DNA from: an uncultured Candidatus Saccharibacteria bacterium
Lineage (GTDB): Bacteria > Patescibacteriota > Minisyncoccia > Phycocordibacterales > UBA9973
Length of the DNA stretch: 64,000 nucleotides
Assembly (NCBI GenBank): GCA_964482735.1
Contig: CAYZYV010000002.1
Location: 86,061 to 150,060, forward strand
Direction: 5' to 3'
Below are positions 40,943 through 50,448 of this stretch, one piece after another. The number at the start of each line of letters is the position of its first letter. Positions within the stretch are counted from its first letter, which is position 1. Below the pieces are notes generated by a model, which worked only from the letters and a program-made list of their open reading frames with translations, ran no database searches and was not told the origin of the DNA. Made by a program: the position numbers and the translations under genes.

Positions 40943-42712
40943 ATGAATGAAAACATAAAAAATAAAAAAGAGTCTGCTATTTATTATCAACAAATGGGTT
41001 TAAGTATCATTCCAACTGGTAGAAATAAAAAACCACTAATTGATTCGTGGAAACAATATGAAAGTATACGCCCAACAATCGAAGAAATTACTACATGGTG
41101 GGATAAATGGCCAGAAGCAAATCCTGCACTTGTTACAGGTAAGGTATCAGGAGTTGTCGCTCTTGATTTAGATAAAAAACATAATAGAACATCAAAAGAA
41201 TTTCAAATACCTCCGACAGCCTCAGCAATATCTGGAAATGGAGGTGAGCATTTCTTTTTCAAATATCCATTAAATGGTCCAGTTAAGACGTCATCTGCTA
41301 TAAGCGGATATGGCGTTGACTCTCGAGGGGATGGAGGATACATACTTCTCTCACCATCTGAAAATGAAAATGGAGGCAAATATACATGGATTGTTCCTTT
41401 TGAGTCAAAAGAAGATTTGGCTGATATGCCTGATTGGTTATTAAGTCTTACTACTGAAAAGGAAAATACTAAGAAGTGGTTAGATGGAATGAATGGTGTA
41501 TCAGAAGGTTCTAGAAATGACACAGCGACCTCAATGGCAGGAAAGATAATTAGTTCGACTAGTCCTGAATTATTAGAAAGTATTGGATGGGACCAATTCA
41601 AGATTTGGAATGATAGAAACATTCCACCTCTTCCAGAAAAGGAATTACGAAATGTTTGGGAAAGCATAAAAAGAAAACATGTAAATAAAGAAAAAACTAA
41701 TTTTGATGAACATCAATTTGTTTCTCTTGGAGATTTACTAAATGAACCTGAGGAAACAATAAGTTGGGTAATAGAAGATATGTTGCCTGCTGGTGGTTTT
41801 TCTATTATGGTAGCAAAACCAAAAGTTGGAAAATCAACGCTCGTAAGACAATTAGCACTGTGCGTTGCTCGCGGAGAATCCTTCCTAGAAAGAAAAACAG
41901 AAAAAGGTGGTGTTTTATATGTGGCATTGGAAGAAAAACGAGGAGAAGTTAAAAACCATTTTAAACTTCTTGGAGCTGACGGCACAGAAGATTTAGGCGT
42001 ATATGTTGGATCTGCTCCTGGAGAAGCATATACATGGCTTGAAAATGAAGTAAAAAAGAAACACCCAATATTGATAATTATTGATACTCTTTTCCGATTC
42101 GCTCGCGTTGCAGATGTTAGTGATTATGCAAAAGTTACAAATGCTCTAGATCCACTCTTAAAATTAGCTAGAGAAAATTCCACCCATTTAATGTGTCTTC
42201 ATCATGCAAGAAAAATGCCTGGGGATGGAGCTGATGCTACTCTTGGGTCTACTGCCATTTTTGGAACTGTAGATACCGCCATGTTACTTAAGAGAAATAA
42301 AGACGGTAAAAGAACCCTCGAAACTCAACAAAGATATGGAAGAGATATGGAAGAGACTGTATTGATGTTTAACGTTGATTTAAAAACAATAACTCTGGGT
42401 AGTTTAAAAGAAGAAGAGGATGAAAAGAAAATCGAGGAGTTAATTATAGATTTATTGAAATCATCAAAAGAACCAATTGATGAAAAAACCATTCGAGATG
42501 AAATTGAAGGAAAAACTACACTAAAAAGTATTGCACTTAGATCATTATTTCAAGGTGGAAAAATAACAAGAACCGGTTTAGGTAGAAAAGGAGATCCTTA
42601 TCTTTATTCTTGTTCCCTTGTTCCCGATATATGTGAGGAACAAGAAAACAAGAAAGAGATTGGTCCTAAAGATATCCAATTAAAAGATAACTTGGAGAAT
42701 TTTACCCTTTAG
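40943..42712 (+). CDS. bifunctional primase/polymerase - PriCT - RepA-like AAA helicase
   Basis: KKP..SWK, WW..WPEAN.A..TG..SG..LDLD, GG.H.FF, EGSRND, Walker A AKPKVGKS, IIIDT, LHHARK. Confidence 0.9.
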   Translation: MNENIKNKKESAIYYQQMGLSIIPTGRNKKPLIDSWKQYESIRPTIEEITTWWDKWPEANPALVTGKVSGVVALDLDKKHNRTSKEFQIPPTASAISGNGGEHFFFKYPLNGPVKTSSAISGYGVDSRGDGGYILLSPSENENGGKYTWIVPFESKEDLADMPDWLLSLTTEKENTKKWLDGMNGVSEGSRNDTATSMAGKIISSTSPELLESIGWDQFKIWNDRNIPPLPEKELRNVWESIKRKHVNKEKTNFDEHQFVSLGDLLNEPEETISWVIEDMLPAGGFSIMVAKPKVGKSTLVRQLALCVARGESFLERKTEKGGVLYVALEEKRGEVKNHFKLLGADGTEDLGVYVGSAPGEAYTWLENEVKKKHPILIIIDTLFRFARVADVSDYAKVTNALDPLLKLARENSTHLMCLHHARKMPGDGADATLGSTAIFGTVDTAMLLKRNKDGKRTLETQQRYGRDMEETVLMFNVDLKTITLGSLKEEEDEKKIEELIIDLLKSSKEPIDEKTIRDEIEGKTTLKSIALRSLFQGGKITRTGLGRKGDPYLYSCSLVPDICEEQENKKEIGPKDIQLKDNLENFTL

Positions 42713-42716
42713 GATC

Positions 42717-42899
42717 ATGGTCAAAAAAGAAACTATAATTGAATTTATGGGGGCCTTAAAAGAAGAATACAACAGAGATGTGGACTTCAAAGAGGCATCA
42801 ATAATACTAAACGATTTAGTTTCTTATTTTGACTTGTTAGCTAAAATAGACCATGTGCAAGATGAGGTAAAAAATGATATAATGTATGAGCCAGACTGA
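42717..42899 (+). CDS. small helical protein between replicase and integrase
   Basis: 60-aa ORF starting 4 nt after the prim-pol stop. Confidence 0.65.
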   Translation: MVKKETIIEFMGALKEEYNRDVDFKEASIILNDLVSYFDLLAKIDHVQDEVKNDIMYEPD

Positions 42900-43007
42900 A
42901 GTTAAAAATATATTTGTTTATAAAAGCGGAGTAATAACTGCTTCAGTCTGGCGATTGAGGATTAAGTTGTTACTCCACTTTTGTTTATAAATCTAACCTA
43001 AAAACAT

Positions 43008-44570
43008 ATGAAAAATAAAATAAATAAAGCTGTCATAATTTGTCGTGTTTCAAGTAAAGAGCAAGAAGATACTGGCTACTCTTTGGATGCACAAGAAAAG
43101 TTGCTTCAGACATATGCTGACGAAAGAAATATAAATGTAATAAGAGTATATAAAATTTCAGAATCAGCCAGTGGAAAAATGGTAAGAAAAAAGTTCTACG
43201 AAATTTTACAGTATATTAAAAAGAATAATGCTAATTTAATATTAGCAGAAAAGATTGATCGTCTAACTAGAAATCTAAAAGATGCTTCAATAATAAATGA
43301 TTGGGTCCAGGAAAATAAAAACAATGAAGTTCATTTTGTTAAAGAAAACTTTATTGTCAGTCAGAATACAAAAGCTCATGAAAATCTTGTCTGGGATATG
43401 AAAGTTGCTATTGCTAGATTTTACACAAACAATCTCTCGGAAGAAGTAAAAAAGGGTCAGAAAGAAAAAATTTCTCAAGGGTGGTTACCAACAAAACCTC
43501 CTCTTGGTTATGAGACAGTTGGAGAAAAAGGACATAAGGTTCACATTATAGACAAAGAACGAGCTCCTTATATTAAGAAAATGTTTGAACTTTATTCTTC
43601 CGGAAATTATTCAACTCATATGATGGTTGAGTTAATGTATAAAGAAGGATTAAGAAACCGATCAGGTAAAAAGGTTGGGAAATCTAGAATGTATGACCTA
43701 CTTTCAGATCCATTTTACTGTGGAAAAATTAAGTGGAAAGAACAAATCTTTAATGGAAAACAAGAACCTATTATAACAAAAGACTTATATGATTTGGTCC
43801 AGGAGAAATTAAATCGTAAATTTAAGAGCCCTCAATATCAAAAACATAACCCTGTTTTTAAGGCAAAAATGGAGTGTGATGAATGTAAAGGAACTGTTAC
43901 TTGGGAGACTCACAAGGGTCATTGGTATGGACATTGTAACCATTATAAAACTTGTAGCCAGAAAGTTTGGAAAAGACAGGAGGATGTTGAAAAGATACTT
44001 TTCCCTTTATTTGATAACGTAGCCCCAAAAACAAATAAGGTATTAAAAGTATTAGAAAAAGCATTAAAGGAGAATCACGAAGATGAGATAAAATATAACA
44101 ACAATGTTCTAAGTGGTATAAATAAAAAAATAGAAACAGCGCAAAGAAGAATTGAGGCTATCTATGAAGATAAAATTGATGGGAAAATTTCACCAGAATT
44201 TTACAATAGAAAATTGGCAGAATATACAAAAGAAAAAGAAGACGCCATGGAATCTCTTAAAAAATTAAACGAAGGAAACACTAAATATTACGAGGCTGGG
44301 TTCGCAATACACGAGCTTGCTTCAAGAGCTTCTGAGATTTATAAGAGCCCTAAAGCCACAGTAGAAGATAAAAGATTACTTTTAAGTAAAATATTTTCGA
44401 ACCTTTCATTAAATGCTGATGAAATAAAGCCAAATTACACATTAGCCTTCGAATTTCTCAGAGAATGGATACCTATACTAAATAATAATTTCGAACCAGA
44501 AAAAGATGTTGCTAATAAAGGAAAAGAGAGCACTTTCGTGCTCCCTCGTCCTACTTTGCTCCGTGGGTAG
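43008..44570 (+). CDS. large serine recombinase (integrase)
   Basis: RVSSKEQ catalytic Ser, ESAS, KIDRLTRN, PPLGY, Zn ribbon CDEC..C..C, coiled coil; stop codon lies inside the tRNA-Asn gene. Confidence 0.95.
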   Translation: MKNKINKAVIICRVSSKEQEDTGYSLDAQEKLLQTYADERNINVIRVYKISESASGKMVRKKFYEILQYIKKNNANLILAEKIDRLTRNLKDASIINDWVQENKNNEVHFVKENFIVSQNTKAHENLVWDMKVAIARFYTNNLSEEVKKGQKEKISQGWLPTKPPLGYETVGEKGHKVHIIDKERAPYIKKMFELYSSGNYSTHMMVELMYKEGLRNRSGKKVGKSRMYDLLSDPFYCGKIKWKEQIFNGKQEPIITKDLYDLVQEKLNRKFKSPQYQKHNPVFKAKMECDECKGTVTWETHKGHWYGHCNHYKTCSQKVWKRQEDVEKILFPLFDNVAPKTNKVLKVLEKALKENHEDEIKYNNNVLSGINKKIETAQRRIEAIYEDKIDGKISPEFYNRKLAEYTKEKEDAMESLKKLNEGNTKYYEAGFAIHELASRASEIYKSPKATVEDKRLLLSKIFSNLSLNADEIKPNYTLAFEFLREWIPILNNNFEPEKDVANKGKESTFVLPRPTLLRG

Positions 44571-44630
44571 GGATCGAACCTACGACCAATCGCTTAACAG
44601 GCGACCGCTCTACCGCTGAGCTACCACGGA
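44559..44630 (-). tRNA. tRNA-Asn (GTT), island attachment site
   Basis: Cloverleaf; anticodon arm GTCGC-CTGTTAA-GCGAT; GGTTCGATCCC. Confidence 0.95.
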
Positions 44631-44753
44631 ATGATTGTTTAATTTTCAAAAACTTACCATTTATTACTAAATGGTCTAGATATAATAACAAAAAATCTTA
44701 AAAAATGCAAAACCTCCCGTGGATTTACCATGGGAGGTTTTGTGACTAGAAAA

Positions 44754-45416
44754 TTAAACTTTGGCTACAGCTTTCTTTTCTCTACTTTTTCTAACAATCA
44801 TCCTATAAACAACGATTATGGCCATAACTAAAAGGATAGTTAATATCCAATCCCATACAGAATTTGGCATAAATGAACCTACGGTTCTGTAACCAGTTGC
44901 TCCATAAGCTGAAGCACCTAAGTTATTGAAGTAAGATGACCCTGAATAAGATCTTCCAGAACTTGCTTCTCTAGCTAACGGTACGTCATTGTAGTATCCA
45001 GTACTTACATTACCAGCAGAAGCGACCTTAGTACTAGAGACAGTTTTTGTAGAAGCAGTCTTGCTGGTGGTGCTATCTGTTGTCTTAGAAGACGTAGAAG
45101 TTGTAGGATTTGAGGTATTATAATAATAATTATTTACAACAGTTGGATTGGTATTTGAAGCTATGGTACCACTAGTTGAACCAGTCTTTGACCCATTATT
45201 CAAATTGTTAGAATTATAATTATTGTAACCTGAACCATAAAGGTATGGGTTATTATTACCTGAATAGCTGTTGAAATTATCATTAAAGTAACCTTTTGTT
45301 GATTCCCCAGAAAAAGCGTAAGTCACATCGGAAGCAGCGGATGCATTGTTGGTTAAAACAAATGACATTGCCACAATTCCAAACAATATTAAGTTGTTAC
45401 TTATTTTTTTAAACAT
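44754..45416 (-). CDS. Ser/Thr/Asn-rich exported protein with C-terminal membrane anchor
   Basis: Signal peptide, low-complexity core, C-terminal TM plus basic tail. Confidence 0.78.
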   Translation of the reverse strand: MFKKISNNLILFGIVAMSFVLTNNASAASDVTYAFSGESTKGYFNDNFNSYSGNNNPYLYGSGYNNYNSNNLNNGSKTGSTSGTIASNTNPTVVNNYYYNTSNPTTSTSSKTTDSTTSKTASTKTVSSTKVASAGNVSTGYYNDVPLAREASSGRSYSGSSYFNNLGASAYGATGYRTVGSFMPNSVWDWILTILLVMAIIVVYRMIVRKSREKKAVAKV

Positions 45417-45495
45417 ACACGGATTATAGCATAATAAAAACCATTTTGTCAAGCCCTCTACGCCTATTAATAAGCCTTGCAAAATAAGGATATTT

Positions 45496-46185
45496 TTAAT
45501 GTATAAAACTTTTTCGATGAATTTTAGTCATTCCATATTTTTTTATTGCTTCATAGTGGGTTTTGGTGCCATACCCCATATTTTTATCAAAACCATACCC
45601 TCCATATTCCTTGGCATAATTTTCCATAATCCTATCTCTTGAAACTTTGGCCATAATAGAGGCAAATGAAATTATGGGATACAACTCATCCCCCTTTATG
45701 TAGCTTTTTTGATTTTTAAATTCATCTCGAGCCTTTAATCCCCCATCAAGTAAAATATGGAATGAGGCCGGAGATTCTTTTTGAAATGGTCTGGCCCTTT
45801 TTCCTCCCTCGTCCGAGGACCTTTCAAAAAGAATCTCCGGCTGAGTAACTTTACGCAATGATTCGTCAATAGCTTTTTGAATACATTTAGCTATTCCAAA
45901 CTTATCTATCATTTCATTTGAAACAAAAGTCATTTGATAATCACAAATACCTTTTTCTTTTTGTTTTTTCAAATATAAAAACCATTTCTCTCTGTATTTT
46001 TTTGTTAATTTTTTTGAATCTCTAAGCGGTAGTCCTAAAAACTCTTTCGCTTCTTTTACAAAAGATTCATATTCATCTTCTTTTAAAGAAAAAGCACAGA
46101 CACAAACAGGTCCCGCAATTGGGCCACGCCCCACTTCATCTACTCCGACAATTAAATCAATGTTTTTCTCATTTTTTCTTTCCAT
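45496..46185 (-). CDS. rnhB: ribonuclease HII with an in-frame palindromic insertion
   Basis: GVDEVGRGPIAGP, DSKKL, LLDG, ASIMAKVSRD, GYGTK.H. Confidence 0.96.
   Translation of the reverse strand: MERKNEKNIDLIVGVDEVGRGPIAGPVCVCAFSLKEDEYESFVKEAKEFLGLPLRDSKKLTKKYREKWFLYLKKQKEKGICDYQMTFVSNEMIDKFGIAKCIQKAIDESLRKVTQPEILFERSSDEGGKRARPFQKESPASFHILLDGGLKARDEFKNQKSYIKGDELYPIISFASIMAKVSRDRIMENYAKEYGGYGFDKNMGYGTKTHYEAIKKYGMTKIHRKSFIH
45767..45841. repeat. 75-bp palindrome inside rnhB
   Basis: Perfect 20-bp arms at 45767-45786 and 45822-45841. Confidence 0.85.
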
Positions 46186-46257
46186 CTTACAATATTAAAA
46201 CAAAACACGAAGTTGGTCTATATGTCGCCCGGTCGCTTAATCTGTTATACTAGAGAA

Positions 46258-49200
46258 ATGGACGATAAAGTTTTTAAATCAAATTTTATACACTTACACA
46301 CTCACTCTCACTACTCTCTTTTAGATGGGCTTTCTAAAATCCCAGACATGGTAAAAAAGGCCAAAGAAAATGGAATGTATGCTCTTGCACTAACAGACCA
46401 TGGAAATATGTACGGGGCTATTGAATTGTATAAAGAATGTAAAAAAGCTGGAATTAAACCTATCATAGGGGTTGAAGCGTACATTGCTGAACGAGGGAGA
46501 AAAGACAAAGAGCCCGGTGTTGATAATAAGAGATACCACCTTACCCTTTTAGCAAAAAACAAACAGGGGTATAAAAACTTAATGAGACTTGTTTCGTTGG
46601 CTAACACCGAAGGTTATTATTACAAGCCTCGTATGGATAAAGAAATTCTTAGAGAGTATCACGAAGGAATTATCTGCCTTTCTGGTTGTATGGGGAGCCA
46701 GCTTTCTCAGGCAGTCATAGCTCGAAATACTGAAAAGGCAGAGGAACTAATAAAAGAACACCAAGATATATTTGGAAAAGAAAATTACTTTTTGGAAGTT
46801 CATTCTCATGCACATATTGAAAACGATAAAATGTTGCGAGATGGTATTATGGCACTCGGTAAAAAATGGAATATCCCCGTAGTTGCAGGGCAAGACTCAC
46901 ACTATCTTTGCCAGGGCGATCACGAAGCTCACTCCACTCTCCTTCTCGTGAACACAGGTGTTATCGATACCAAAGAAGGTACTCGTTTTGAATTTTCAGA
47001 AGATGATTTTTCTTTAATTAACGAAGAAGAAGCTTTAAAATATTTTAGCGATACAAAAGAGGCTGTCTACAATACAAAAATGATAGCTGATTTATGTGAA
47101 GACTATGATTTGGAATTAGGTAAGGCATTCTTCCCTGATTTTCCCATACCAGAAGACACCACTGCCGATCAAATACTTCGTAAGCTCACACATGATGGAT
47201 TTGCCTTTCGAGGGTTAGAACCAACAAAAGTTTATACCGACAGACTCGAATATGAGCTTGGAATTATTAAACAAAAAGGATATCCTACCTACTTTCTTGT
47301 CGTTGGAGACTTACTTAGATACTCCAGAGAAAATGGAATTTATACTAATGTCCGAGGATCTGTTGCTGGATCATTAACTACTTACTTATTGGGAATCACT
47401 AACGTTGATCCTATTACTTATAAATTACCTTTCGAAAGATTCTTAAATCCAGAAAGACCGTCCTTGCCCGATATCGATATGGACTATGCCGATAACAGAC
47501 GAGATGAAATAATAGCATATGCAAAAAGTAAATACGGCGATGATAAGGTAGCACAAATAGGTACATTTGGTTCTATGATGGCTAAAGGCTCAATTAAAGA
47601 CGTAGCTCGAGCTTTGGGGTATCCATACGCTGTCGGAGATAGAATCTCTTCCATGGTCCCTCTAGGGGCTCAAGGAAAGCCTATGACGATCAAACATGCT
47701 ATGGAGCTGGTTCCTGAATTAAAAGACGCTTACAAAAATGAACCTGACACAAAAAGAATTATCGATCTCGCATTAAAGCTTGAAGGGTGTGTTCGACACA
47801 TCTCTGTTCACGCAGCGGGAGTCGTTATTGCTCCAAAACCTCTTTATGAATATACCCCTGTACAATTCGATCCTAAGGGTGGAAGCATTATTACTCAGTA
47901 TGATATGCACAGCATTGAAGACGCTGGGCTTCCAAAGTTCGATTTCTTGGGAATTAGAAACCTGGCTATATTAGCTCTGGCTGTAAAACTTGTAAAAAAA
48001 GTTCAAAATATAGATATAGATATTATTAAAATACCTCTTGATGATAAGAAAACTTTTTCACTTTTAACAAAAGGAGAAACAGTCGGACTCTTCCAACTAA
48101 ACGGAACAGGTATGACTCACTATCTAAAAGAATTGAAAGTTTCAAACATCCACGATATCAATGTGATGATCGCTTTATATCGTCCTGGACCAATGGAAAA
48201 CATCGATGAGTACATCGCCCGAAAACACGGAAAAAAACCAGTGGTTTATGTGCACCCAAAAATGAAAAACTTTCTCGACACAACATACGGAGTGCTTGTT
48301 TATCAAGATGACTTGTTGATGACAGCCATCGAGGTAGCAGGATATTCCTGGGGAGAAGTAGATAAATTTAGAAAAGCTGTTGGTAAAAAAATTCCTGAAG
48401 AAATGGCGAAACAACACGTTATTTTCGTTGAAGGATGTCAAAAAAATGGTGGAATGACCAAGAAAGAAGCTGAAAACTTATGGAGCATGTTTGAACCTTT
48501 TCAAGGTTACGGATTTAACAAAGCTCATGCCGCAAGTTATGGCTTCGTCGCTTATCAAACAGCTTACATGAAGGCTAATTACCCTGTAGAGTACATGACG
48601 GCAATACTAACATCAGAATCGGGTGACATAGAAAAAATTGCTGAAATAGTTCACGAATGTGAAAGAATGGATATAGATGTTTTACCTCCAGATATTAATG
48701 AAAGTTTTGGAGGATTTACTATAGTTGAAGGAGATGACGGAAAAAAAGATATTCGTTTTGGACTTTATACTATTAAAAATCTTGGAAAAGATATAGCGGA
48801 TGCAATCATTGAAGAAAGAAAGCTAAATGGTGTGTACAAATCGCTTGCAGACTTTTTTGAAAGAATTAATCACCGTAATTTAAATAAAAAATCCGTAGAA
48901 GCCCTTGCAAAATCAGGCTCAATGGACGAATTAGCTGAACGTAATATGGTCATCGGGAATCTAGAAACACTTCTCTCATTTAATAAAGAAGCTCGAGGGT
49001 CATCTAGCCAAGTATCTTTATTTGGAGAAATCGGAGGAGTCAGTGCAAAACTTTCTCTCCTACCTAAAGAACCTTCTAATAAAAAAGAAAAATTATCTTG
49101 GGAGAAAGACTTGTTAGGATTATACATCTCAGGACATCCTCTAGATGAATATAAAGAGAAAATTGAAAAGTTTGGAACCGTAACAAAGGATATAAGACAG

Positions 49201-49458
49201 AAATGTAAAGTGAATGATATCGTGACCGTCGCCGCTATCATAGATGAAGTTAAAGTATTCACTACTAAAAGCAATACAAATATGGCATTCTTGAGATTAT
49301 CTGATTTTACAGGGAGCATTGACGCCGTTGCTTTTAATAAGCTCTACGAAGCCAATAAAGATATTTTTGTCACAGATAACGTAATCGCTCTCAAAGGTAA
49401 GGTTACTGAACGAAACGGCGAAAAAAGCATTGCTATAGATACAGTAAAGAAGATATAA
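46258..49458 (+). CDS. dnaE: DNA polymerase III alpha subunit
   Basis: HLHTHSHYSLLDG PHP domain, RGS.AGS, PDIDMD, YGFNKAHA. Confidence 0.98.
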   Translation: MDDKVFKSNFIHLHTHSHYSLLDGLSKIPDMVKKAKENGMYALALTDHGNMYGAIELYKECKKAGIKPIIGVEAYIAERGRKDKEPGVDNKRYHLTLLAKNKQGYKNLMRLVSLANTEGYYYKPRMDKEILREYHEGIICLSGCMGSQLSQAVIARNTEKAEELIKEHQDIFGKENYFLEVHSHAHIENDKMLRDGIMALGKKWNIPVVAGQDSHYLCQGDHEAHSTLLLVNTGVIDTKEGTRFEFSEDDFSLINEEEALKYFSDTKEAVYNTKMIADLCEDYDLELGKAFFPDFPIPEDTTADQILRKLTHDGFAFRGLEPTKVYTDRLEYELGIIKQKGYPTYFLVVGDLLRYSRENGIYTNVRGSVAGSLTTYLLGITNVDPITYKLPFERFLNPERPSLPDIDMDYADNRRDEIIAYAKSKYGDDKVAQIGTFGSMMAKGSIKDVARALGYPYAVGDRISSMVPLGAQGKPMTIKHAMELVPELKDAYKNEPDTKRIIDLALKLEGCVRHISVHAAGVVIAPKPLYEYTPVQFDPKGGSIITQYDMHSIEDAGLPKFDFLGIRNLAILALAVKLVKKVQNIDIDIIKIPLDDKKTFSLLTKGETVGLFQLNGTGMTHYLKELKVSNIHDINVMIALYRPGPMENIDEYIARKHGKKPVVYVHPKMKNFLDTTYGVLVYQDDLLMTAIEVAGYSWGEVDKFRKAVGKKIPEEMAKQHVIFVEGCQKNGGMTKKEAENLWSMFEPFQGYGFNKAHAASYGFVAYQTAYMKANYPVEYMTAILTSESGDIEKIAEIVHECERMDIDVLPPDINESFGGFTIVEGDDGKKDIRFGLYTIKNLGKDIADAIIEERKLNGVYKSLADFFERINHRNLNKKSVEALAKSGSMDELAERNMVIGNLETLLSFNKEARGSSSQVSLFGEIGGVSAKLSLLPKEPSNKKEKLSWEKDLLGLYISGHPLDEYKEKIEKFGTVTKDIRQKCKVNDIVTVAAIIDEVKVFTTKSNTNMAFLRLSDFTGSIDAVAFNKLYEANKDIFVTDNVIALKGKVTERNGEKSIAIDTVKKI

Positions 49459-49496
49459 AAAAAATAATCCCCCGAACTTAATCGAGGGATTATTTT

Positions 49497-50084
49497 TTAG
49501 GCGTTATTATTTTTCTCAAACTTAGCTATTGAATCCATGATTTTCATTACTTGTTTAGAATATCCTGGAACAATAGAATCTGGGTTGTATTTTTTAAGAA
49601 TTTGTTCAGTGGTCATTTCTGACTTGTAGTGAGGAGCATTTTCGTTATTTCCTCCAAGGGTTTTAGAAATATACTCTATAGACTCATCTATTGAACTAAA
49701 TCCTTTTTTGCATGAGTGCCAACCAAAACTGTTATAAGGGGCATTTGGACTTTTACAAGCAAACTTACCTCCAGTTGTTTCTCTCATTGCAATTGCGGGC
49801 AAAAGACGCCAGTCAATATCATTTTTCTCTGCCTCGATTACAAATTTCATTCCGTAACCAGACAAAGGGGCGTTTTTGGATGCAAAATAATCATCTATTG
49901 CATCAGCTTTTGCCTTTCGAGTTTCATTTTCTTGTGTTGTTATCACAGAAACCTCGCTCGTTACAGCTTCAACGTTTGCAGTTATACTTCCTACCGCATC
50001 AAGACTTGCAAGTGGCATAGTCATAGCGAACATCGGAAAGACAACAAAAGACTGCAGAACGTTTTTAATTTTATTTATATGCAT
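49497..50084 (-). CDS. lysozyme-like / glucosaminidase-like exported protein
   Basis: DWRLLPAIAMRETTGGK, NSFGW, KYNP. Confidence 0.72.
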   Translation of the reverse strand: MHINKIKNVLQSFVVFPMFAMTMPLASLDAVGSITANVEAVTSEVSVITTQENETRKAKADAIDDYFASKNAPLSGYGMKFVIEAEKNDIDWRLLPAIAMRETTGGKFACKSPNAPYNSFGWHSCKKGFSSIDESIEYISKTLGGNNENAPHYKSEMTTEQILKKYNPDSIVPGYSKQVMKIMDSIAKFEKNNNA

Positions 50085-50448
50085 AATCGACAGTTTATCG
50101 ATCTGTCAAACGCCATCCTGTGATGGTTAATCTTAGCTTTTTATTTATATAAGCGGCTAAAATTAAAAAATCCATAATACACTATTTATTATCATAATAT
50201 ATTTGGACTCCTTCATAGTATCATAAATGGGTGGATAAGTCAATGGTTATAACACGATTTTAGGTATCGTCAAATTCAAAAAACCCTTATATTATAAGGG
50301 TTTTTTGAATGTTTTCTATTGACAGATACAATGAATCTATTGTTAAATAATGCCTAAAAATAAGGTTTTTTCTCAATTTTTGACAAAAGATAACTTATGT
50401 GTGATAAATGTCCTTATTTTTCAATCTTTTCTATAATTTTAATTATTT

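Larger units (their letters stand above)
29906..44561. mobile_element. integrative element / phage-satellite-like island at tRNA-Asn
   Basis: Serine recombinase running into the tRNA 3' end, prim-pol/helicase, TerS-like gene, defence cargo; TGCTC core at both ends (29906-29910, 44557-44561). Left boundary inferred. Confidence 0.8.

Noticed and set aside
13531-49458. Inteins in gyrA or dnaE
   Set aside because: Normal lengths and no intein splice motifs seen.
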